Source of the DNA: Paragordius varius
Lineage: Eukaryota > Animalia > Nematomorpha
Length of the DNA stretch: 64,000 nt
NCBI GenBank assembly: GCA_964247055.1
Contig: OZ176054.1
Span: 3,100,001 to 3,164,000 of the forward strand
Direction: 5' to 3'
Shown here one piece after another: positions 63,733 through 64,000 of this stretch. Below the pieces are notes generated by a model, which was given only the letters and a program-made list of their open reading frames with translations, had not been told where the DNA came from and searched no databases. Both the position numbers and the translations under genes were made by a program. Numbering within the stretch: the first letter of the stretch is position 1; each line of letters opens with the position of its first letter.

Positions 63733-64000
63733 CAGTAGGTTCCCAACCTTTTTTTGTTCACGCCCCACCAAATTGAAAATAAAAATTCTGGCGCCCTTTC
63801 TCAAAAAAATTCAAGATATATAATATTATGAAAATCCTATGAGATCCTTATATCTGCATTTTTTGAAATATTTCCTCCAGATCTGTAACAATTCTTAATA
63901 ATTCGCACCTGAAATCCTTAAATTTGCTTCTAGTATTTTTTTTATTGCCAGATTTTTCGCCCCCCTAGATTATTCTACGCCTCTCTTTTGGGAACCACTG
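63733..64000. mobile_element. hAT MITE (family F), 268 bp
   Basis: TIRs CAGTAGGTTCCCAA / TTGGGAACCACTG; right TSD lies outside the window (left flank CTTTAACT). Confidence 0.7.

Overview
Very AT-rich eukaryotic (metazoan-type) genomic DNA with spliceosomal genes, so the six-frame ORF track fragments or misses most of them. Reading through GT-AG introns gives seven supportable genes: NSFL1C/p47 (+, 11 exons), mitochondrial ATP synthase subunit s/factor B (-, 2 exons around an 8.9-kb intron), CDC5L (+, 18 exons), a secreted 12-Cys IGFBP-type (IB-domain) protein (-), RPL34 (+), a PDRG1-like prefoldin subunit (-) and PCNA (-). An eighth is a DUF3715 (TASOR/TEX15-type PARP-like domain) gene (+). 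Two pairs sit head-to-head with only 68 and 87 bp between ATGs. Fourteen introns are only 23-29 nt. About six hAT families (most with verifiable 8-bp TSDs), RTE-clade LINE remnants, a Helitron and a foldback element fill introns and intergenic space. The most striking structure is a ~7-kb inverted duplication of a dead hAT inside the ATP5S intron, which predicts a ~3-kb host-transcribed hairpin RNA (Mu-killer-like). Protein assignments rest on my recall of family motifs, not on database searches; the organism cannot be identified from this window.
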